From NCBI GenBank assembly GCA_049324275.1, contig JBMOLG010000006.1:54056-118055 (forward strand): DNA of 64,000 nucleotides, given 5' to 3'. The position numbers were made by a program, and so were the translations under genes. This document shows, in pieces, positions 59,162 to 64,000 of this stretch; the stretch's first letter is position 1, and the number at the start of each line of letters is the position of its first letter. The DNA comes from Nanobdellota archaeon. Lineage in GTDB: Archaea > Nanobdellota > Nanobdellia > Pacearchaeales > GW2011-AR1. The notes beneath the pieces were generated by a model, which did not search any database, had not been told where the DNA came from, and was given only the letters and a program-made list of their open reading frames with translations.

Positions 59162-59806
59162 ATGGTAATAAAAGTTATTAAAAACTTTGCAAAAAGGGTG
59201 TTTTCAGGAATTTTTAAAGCTAAGGGACAAATTAAATTAGGATTTTATGGCCCGCCTAACGCTGGAAAAACGAGCCTTGCTAACAGGATATGTATGGACT
59301 GGCTTGGAGAGGAGCTTGGAAGTGTAAGCAAAATACCTCATGAAACTCGTGAAATTCAATTTAAGGAACATGTTGTGATTGAAAAAGATGGCAAAAAGGT
59401 TGAACTAAAATTGGTTGATACTCCTGGCATTGCAACTAAGATTGATTTTGAAGATTTCTTGAAATTTGGAATGAATAAAAAAGATGCTCAGATAAGAGCA
59501 AAAGAAGCAACACAAGGAATTGTTGAAGCTATAAAATGGGTAGAAGATATGGATGCAGTGATAGTTGTCCTTGATTCTTCAACTAATCCTTATTCACAAG
59601 TTAATATAACGATCATTGGAAATCTTGTTGCCCGAAAAATACCTGTATTAATTGTTGCGAATAAAATAGATCTCAAAAAAACAGATATTAAAAGAATAAA
59701 AGCTGCATTTCCCGAATATGAAGTTGTCGGAATTTCAGCAAAAACAGGGAAAAATATGGAGGAATTTTATGAATCCTTGTTCGAGCTTGTTAAAAAAGTA
59801 AGGTGA
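59162..59806 (+). CDS. small GTP-binding protein
   Basis: G1 GPPNAGKTS, G3 DTPG, G4 NKID and G5 SAK are present. It starts 2 nt after the surface-protein stop. Confidence 0.8.
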   Translation: MVIKVIKNFAKRVFSGIFKAKGQIKLGFYGPPNAGKTSLANRICMDWLGEELGSVSKIPHETREIQFKEHVVIEKDGKKVELKLVDTPGIATKIDFEDFLKFGMNKKDAQIRAKEATQGIVEAIKWVEDMDAVIVVLDSSTNPYSQVNITIIGNLVARKIPVLIVANKIDLKKTDIKRIKAAFPEYEVVGISAKTGKNMEEFYESLFELVKKVR

Positions 59807-59810
59807 TAAG

Positions 59811-60221
59811 ATGGTGAAAAATAATTCAAGAACATCGGAAGAAGATGATTTAGTAATCTACTTTATGCCATTTAGTGAAATAGAGGGCGAAAGTTCAATT
59901 GGTAAAATTAAAAAGCTTTTAGGATTAGTGCTTCAAAATAAAGTCATAATTTTGCAGGGAAAACTTAGCCCGGTTGAAGAATCAAGATTAATTGAAAATA
60001 CTATGGCTTTGATTGGAAACATAAGAGATTTTAAAGGAATTGAAATTGCAAGCATTTCAAAATATAACGAATATCAAAATTTGTTTGACAAAATAAGGCA
60101 TAATATTGCAAAAATTCTTATTGGAGACCATGATATTATGACCATAATCGGGCCTGCAAACATTGTAAAGGCTATCAAAAGAAATCCAAAAAAGATTGAA
60201 TTATTGTTAAAAAGATCTTAA
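59811..60221 (+). CDS. DUF2073-like archaeal protein
   Basis: Size and position between a GTPase and a Zn-ribbon gene match an archaeal conserved trio I recall. Sequence identity to DUF2073 is not verified. Confidence 0.4.
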   Translation: MVKNNSRTSEEDDLVIYFMPFSEIEGESSIGKIKKLLGLVLQNKVIILQGKLSPVEESRLIENTMALIGNIRDFKGIEIASISKYNEYQNLFDKIRHNIAKILIGDHDIMTIIGPANIVKAIKRNPKKIELLLKRS

Positions 60222-60292
60222 TTAGATAAATATTTAACATAGAATACTTAATTTTATATATAGTCAAAATTTAAATTAAAAATTTACAGAAA

Positions 60293-60685
60293 ATGCCACA
60301 CCAATGCATACACTGCTCGAGAATAATTGAGGCGGGAAGCCATGAAATCTTAGAAGGATGCTCAATTTGCGGAGGAAAATTCTTTTTTTATGTCAGAGAT
60401 GAAGATATGGCCCGGCTTAAAGAGAAAAAATCAAATGAAGCTGTTAAAACTATTGAATTAAATCCTATTGAAAAAAAACAAGTTGAAAAGGAGATTAGGG
60501 ATATATTGAATATAGAAGATGAAGCAGAGCCAGTCATTCTCGATTTAGAATCAGTAAAGGTTTTGGGACCTGGGAAATTTGAAATTGATCTTGTGAGATT
60601 AATGAATAAAAAACCCATAGTTTTCAAGCTTGAAGAAGGGAAATATGTCATTGATTTGGAATCGGGGTTTGATAGGAAAAATTAA
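60293..60685 (+). CDS. Zn-ribbon protein (DUF2072/COG3364-like)
   Basis: The N-terminus has CIHC...CSICGGKFFFY (CxxC...CxxC). Confidence 0.5.
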   Translation: MPHQCIHCSRIIEAGSHEILEGCSICGGKFFFYVRDEDMARLKEKKSNEAVKTIELNPIEKKQVEKEIRDILNIEDEAEPVILDLESVKVLGPGKFEIDLVRLMNKKPIVFKLEEGKYVIDLESGFDRKN

Positions 60686-61530
60686 AAAACAATTCCTCCA
60701 AAGTAATCGATGTGAGTTTTAATTCCAAATTTTCCCAAAGTATTTATTACAGTCTCACAAATTTTATCTCTTTTGTTCATTAAATAATTTTCATTAAAAG
60801 GAAGAAAAAACAGAGACAATCCAAATCTATCTAAAGGAATGCTAAACTCTTTGGAGTGATAATAATCGCCATATTTATCACGATAAGTGGCTAAGTTTAG
60901 TAAAAGATCGATAAAATAATTCTCTTCACGTTTTCCGCATCTGATTGTTGAATTGATTTTTTTTATTTCTTCTGAACTAAAATTTCCTGCAATAAAATTG
61001 ATTAAATCGCTATTAGTAGATAGAAATCTTTTATTTAAGGGATTTATAACTCCATATGTAGCTTCGTCAATTATTGAATAAATATTTGATCTTTCGAGAG
61101 ATTTTTGGATGATATCTGATACTTTTGTGCACTTTTTAAGAAGATTTTGCCCTTCCCTTAGAGGAAGATAACAATCATCAGGAATTCTTTCTTTAAAGAT
61201 AGTTTTTGTTTCAAGAGAGTGTGGAATATAATAATTATATTCTTCAATAAATATAGGGGTTTTTATTTCAGCTTCAACACCATAAAATGTTCTTTTTGGA
61301 TAAATTATGCAATTCTCTATAAAAGAATATTTTCCTTCTGGATAAATGTCTTCATAAAATTTATGTTTTAGAATTTTAACATATATTTCTTTTGATTGAT
61401 AATCCCTTCTTATTGGTTCTATTAAGTCTTTAATTTTCTCTTCAATAGACTCTCCTTTTTCTTTTCTGAATATATTTTCAAATATCATAAAAATTCTTAT
61501 ATAGTCTAGATCAAAAATCTTTGTTGCCAT
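60682..61530 (-). CDS. hypothetical protein (282 aa)
   Basis: Clean ORF with no motif recognised. Confidence 0.45.
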   Translation of the reverse strand: MATKIFDLDYIRIFMIFENIFRKEKGESIEEKIKDLIEPIRRDYQSKEIYVKILKHKFYEDIYPEGKYSFIENCIIYPKRTFYGVEAEIKTPIFIEEYNYYIPHSLETKTIFKERIPDDCYLPLREGQNLLKKCTKVSDIIQKSLERSNIYSIIDEATYGVINPLNKRFLSTNSDLINFIAGNFSSEEIKKINSTIRCGKREENYFIDLLLNLATYRDKYGDYYHSKEFSIPLDRFGLSLFFLPFNENYLMNKRDKICETVINTLGKFGIKTHIDYFGGIVF

Positions 61531-61544
61531 AATATAACAACAAG

Positions 61545-61552
61545 TTTATATA
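61545..61552 (+). promoter_or_regulatory. TATA-like box (tttatata) about 26 nt upstream of the TrmB ATG
   Basis: Same spacing as at the other TrmB paralogues. Confidence 0.35.
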
Positions 61553-61574
61553 TAATTAAATATACCAATTTCTT

Positions 61575-62309
61575 ATGGAAATTGAAGCAACATTAAATGA
61601 AATAGGCTTAAATGATGATGAAATAAAAATTTATATTTGCCTACTTAAAAAAAACTCTCAATTAGCGAGTGATATATCCAGAAATACAAAAATAAATCGT
61701 TCTCATGTTTATCAATTATTGGAAAGATTAATTGCAAAAGGATTTGTTAGTTATATAATCAAAAATAATAAAAAGTACTTTAATTCTATAAATCCTGAAA
61801 AGATTCTGGAAATAATCAAGGAAAAAGAAAATAAATTGAAATTAGTAATGCCGCAATTATTAGATTTGTCATGTTCTTCCTCATTAAAGCCAAAGGTAGA
61901 AATTTTAGAGGGGAAAGAGGGAATTAAGACTATATTGAATGAAATATTAAGATTAAACAAGAATTGGTTTGCATTCGGAAGTTCCGGCATGGCTCCTGAA
62001 ATTTTACCTTATTATGTGGAAGCCTGGGAAAAACAAAGAGAAAAAAGAAAAATTTCTCTAAAAGCAATTTTAGATATTTCTGAACAAGGAAGAAAAAGGG
62101 GCAAGGAACTTTCTAAGTTGAAATATACTCAAATAAAACATATTGCTTCAGAAAATTCAAATCCTTCTTCAATATGGGGATATGGGGATAGAATTGTATT
62201 CATCATTTGGAACAAAGAAAATTCTTTTGCAATAAGAATCATCAGCGAGGAGATTCTGGAAAAATATGTAGGATATTTTAATCTTCTCTGGAAATCTGCT
62301 AAAGCATGA
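61575..62309 (+). CDS. TrmB-family transcriptional regulator
   Basis: IGLNDDEIKIYICLL...ASDISRNTKINRSHVYQLLERLIAKGFVSYIIKNNKKYF matches. It is the closest paralogue of 161..907, and both share the ending LWKSAK. Confidence 0.8.
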   Translation: MEIEATLNEIGLNDDEIKIYICLLKKNSQLASDISRNTKINRSHVYQLLERLIAKGFVSYIIKNNKKYFNSINPEKILEIIKEKENKLKLVMPQLLDLSCSSSLKPKVEILEGKEGIKTILNEILRLNKNWFAFGSSGMAPEILPYYVEAWEKQREKRKISLKAILDISEQGRKRGKELSKLKYTQIKHIASENSNPSSIWGYGDRIVFIIWNKENSFAIRIISEEILEKYVGYFNLLWKSAKA

Positions 62310-62316
62310 ATAAAAA

Positions 62317-62324
62317 TTTTTAAA
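62317..62324 (+). promoter_or_regulatory. TATA-like box (tttttaaa) about 25 nt upstream of the cca ATG
   Basis: Same spacing pattern. Confidence 0.3.
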
Positions 62325-62345
62325 CCAGGATTGTCTTAATTAATC

Positions 62346-63575
62346 ATGAAATTTGAATCTCTTTTTAATCAAATTTTGAAAAATAACTCCTTATCAGATA
62401 AAGAATTTAAGGACTTGAAAAAAAGAGCAGAAGAGATTATAAAAAAAGTGTCAAACAAAAATTTGAAATTGATAATTGGCGGGAGCCTTGCAAAATCGAC
62501 AATTATCAGAAAAGAGCTTCAGGATATTGATATCTTTGCTGTATTTGAAAAGGAAGAAGATACTTTAAATCTTGAAAAAATTCTTCGGGCTAAATTAACT
62601 TCATTTGATATAAGAAAAGTCCATGGCTCCAGGGATTATTTTCAAATCAAAGAAGGGCAGATAATTTTTGAAATAATTCCAGTTGTAAAAGTGAAAAACA
62701 AGCCAAATAATATTACTGATTTATCTTTAAGCCATGTAAAATATATCAAGGATAAAATAAAAAAAAATCCGAAATTACCTGATGAAATCAAATTAGCGAA
62801 GATGTTTTGTCACGCGCAGAATTGTTACGGAGCAGAAAGCTACATTAATGGATTCAGCGGATATGCCTTAGAAATTTTAATCAGTTATTATGGAAGTTTT
62901 TTGAAATTTTTAAAATCTCTTGATAAGAAACAAAATTTTGTTGATCCTGCGAAATATTACAAAAATAAAGAAGAAGCTAAATTAAATCTGAATGAAAACA
63001 AGCTACAATCTCCTATAATTCTGATTGACCCTACGTATAAATATAGAAATGCATGTGGAGGATTATCTTATGATACATTTGAAAAATTCAAAAAAGCCTC
63101 AATCGATTTTTTGAAAAAGCCAGACTTAAAGTTTTTTGAGAAAAGAGAACTGGATGTAGAAAAAATAAAAAAACTTGCAAAAAAGAGACAATCGAGATTT
63201 ATTTCTATTGAATTAAGGACGGAAAAGCAGGACGGGGATATTGCAGGAACAAAAATGAAAAAATTTTCTCGATTTATCCTTGATGAATTAGAAAGAAAAC
63301 AGCAGAAGGTTTTGTTTGATGAATTTGATTATAAAAATAATACTGCAAGGTTTTTTTTGATTGTCAAAGAAAAAAATGAGATTGAAATAAAAGGCCCGCC
63401 AGTCTCAAACAAAATTGCTGTTGAAAATTTTAAAAAGAAAAGAAGATATATATTTGAAAAGAATGATTATATTTATACCAAAGAAAAAATTGAATTAAAA
63501 GGCATATTTAATTTTATAAAAAAGTTTGAAAAAGATATGGACGTTGAATTTAGTATTTCTGAAAATATCTTATAG
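62346..63575 (+). CDS. cca: CCA-adding enzyme (class I archaeal tRNA nucleotidyltransferase)
   Basis: GGSLAKSTIIR...DIDIFAVF is the NTase signature. The roughly 410-aa length and the PAP/archaeal CCA-like central region (HVKYI...) also fit. Confidence 0.75.
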   Translation: MKFESLFNQILKNNSLSDKEFKDLKKRAEEIIKKVSNKNLKLIIGGSLAKSTIIRKELQDIDIFAVFEKEEDTLNLEKILRAKLTSFDIRKVHGSRDYFQIKEGQIIFEIIPVVKVKNKPNNITDLSLSHVKYIKDKIKKNPKLPDEIKLAKMFCHAQNCYGAESYINGFSGYALEILISYYGSFLKFLKSLDKKQNFVDPAKYYKNKEEAKLNLNENKLQSPIILIDPTYKYRNACGGLSYDTFEKFKKASIDFLKKPDLKFFEKRELDVEKIKKLAKKRQSRFISIELRTEKQDGDIAGTKMKKFSRFILDELERKQQKVLFDEFDYKNNTARFFLIVKEKNEIEIKGPPVSNKIAVENFKKKRRYIFEKNDYIYTKEKIELKGIFNFIKKFEKDMDVEFSISENIL

Positions 63576-63647
63576 CTTGTCAAAAGCTTTAAATATAAGA
63601 AATATTGTACAAATCTAATCTTTTAATGAAAGGAGGTCAATAAAAAT

Positions 63648-64000
63648 GAAAAATTCATATATAATTTTGGCGATTCTTTCTGTAGTCATATTAATTGGTT
63701 TAGTCAGTGCAGAATTTTCTCCTATAACCGGCAATGCTGTTTGGGGGCTTTTTCATTGTTCAACAAAAAGTAAATGTCCTGCGGGTGAAGGAGATTGTGA
63801 TAGCAACTCTGAATGTTTAACTGGATGGTGCCATTATAATGTAGGTGGAAAATATGGGCAATCTTCAGATTTGGATGTTTGCGAATGCAATGAAGGAACA
63901 ATTTGGAGCCCTTCAAGCAAAACTTGCGTTTTGAACAATTCAAAAATTCAAACACAGAATCAAACTCAAACACAGAATAAGACACAAAATGTTTCAGGAG
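63648..64000 (+). CDS. secreted Cys-rich protein, 5' partial (runs off the window end)
   Basis: It is missing from the ORF track because it has no stop. ggaggt lies 9-14 nt upstream of ATG 63648. I translated MKNSYIILAILSVVILIGLVSAEFSPITGNAV...CPAGEGDCDSNSEC...QTQNQTQTQNKTQN with no stops. Confidence 0.6.

Noticed and set aside
46553-61990. Shadow ORFs 46553..46780, 46564..46749, 46909..47094, 49977..50180, 51231..51416, 51582..51932, 52116..52451, 55339..55692, 55568..55783, 58219..58407, 60388..60651 and 61751..61990
   Set aside because: All are embedded in, or antisense to, longer genes with recognisable domains (TrpRS, cyclase-like receptor, GHKL ATPase, PKD protein, Zn-ribbon protein, TrmB).
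63722-63985. 87-aa minus-strand track ORF at the window end
   Set aside because: The plus-strand frame from ATG 63648 has an SD-like element, a signal peptide and Cys-rich modules, and stays open to the window end. The minus-strand ORF is most likely its shadow.

Overview
This is a strongly AT-rich, gene-dense window with about 78 supportable CDSs on both strands. I found no rRNA, tRNA, CRISPR array, integrase or transposase by eye.

The core gene content is archaeal: GatD/GatE plus GatB, three TrmB-family regulators, archaeal-type UMP kinase, an RNase P p30-like protein, archaeal/eukaryal-type TrpRS, a class I CCA-adding enzyme, and a GTPase/DUF2073/Zn-ribbon trio. Many genes carry a TTTAWAWA-like box centred about 25-28 nt upstream of the ATG, which fits archaeal leaderless transcription. 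Together with many small unknown genes and secreted/membrane proteins, this suggests a small-genome, DPANN-like archaeon. That assignment is inference.

Several bacterial-type genes are interspersed: Hsp20-GroES-GroEL, an HPF/RaiA-like protein, a ComEA-like HhH protein and DisA diadenylate cyclase. A mannose/glycan cluster spans 26.8-35.7 kb, with GHMP and ROK kinases, a PMI cupin, LmbE, GT4 and two GH130 genes.

The most unusual block is 47.5-56.4 kb:
- A MoxR-like AAA+ ATPase sits divergent from a HExxGH/VWA-like protein.
- A membrane receptor carries a degenerate class III nucleotide-cyclase-like cytoplasmic domain and is coupled to a HAD hydrolase.
- A two-gene operon, overlapping by 20 nt, encodes a MORC/GHKL-type ATPase with two C-terminal 59-aa repeats (72-bp perfect DNA core), followed by a clear FliA-like sigma-70-family protein with a roughly 165-aa unknown N-terminal extension.

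A bacterial sigma-factor homologue coupled to a GHKL ATPase in an archaeal context is my best candidate for an undescribed system.

All functional calls come from reading motifs in the supplied translations. No database search was run.
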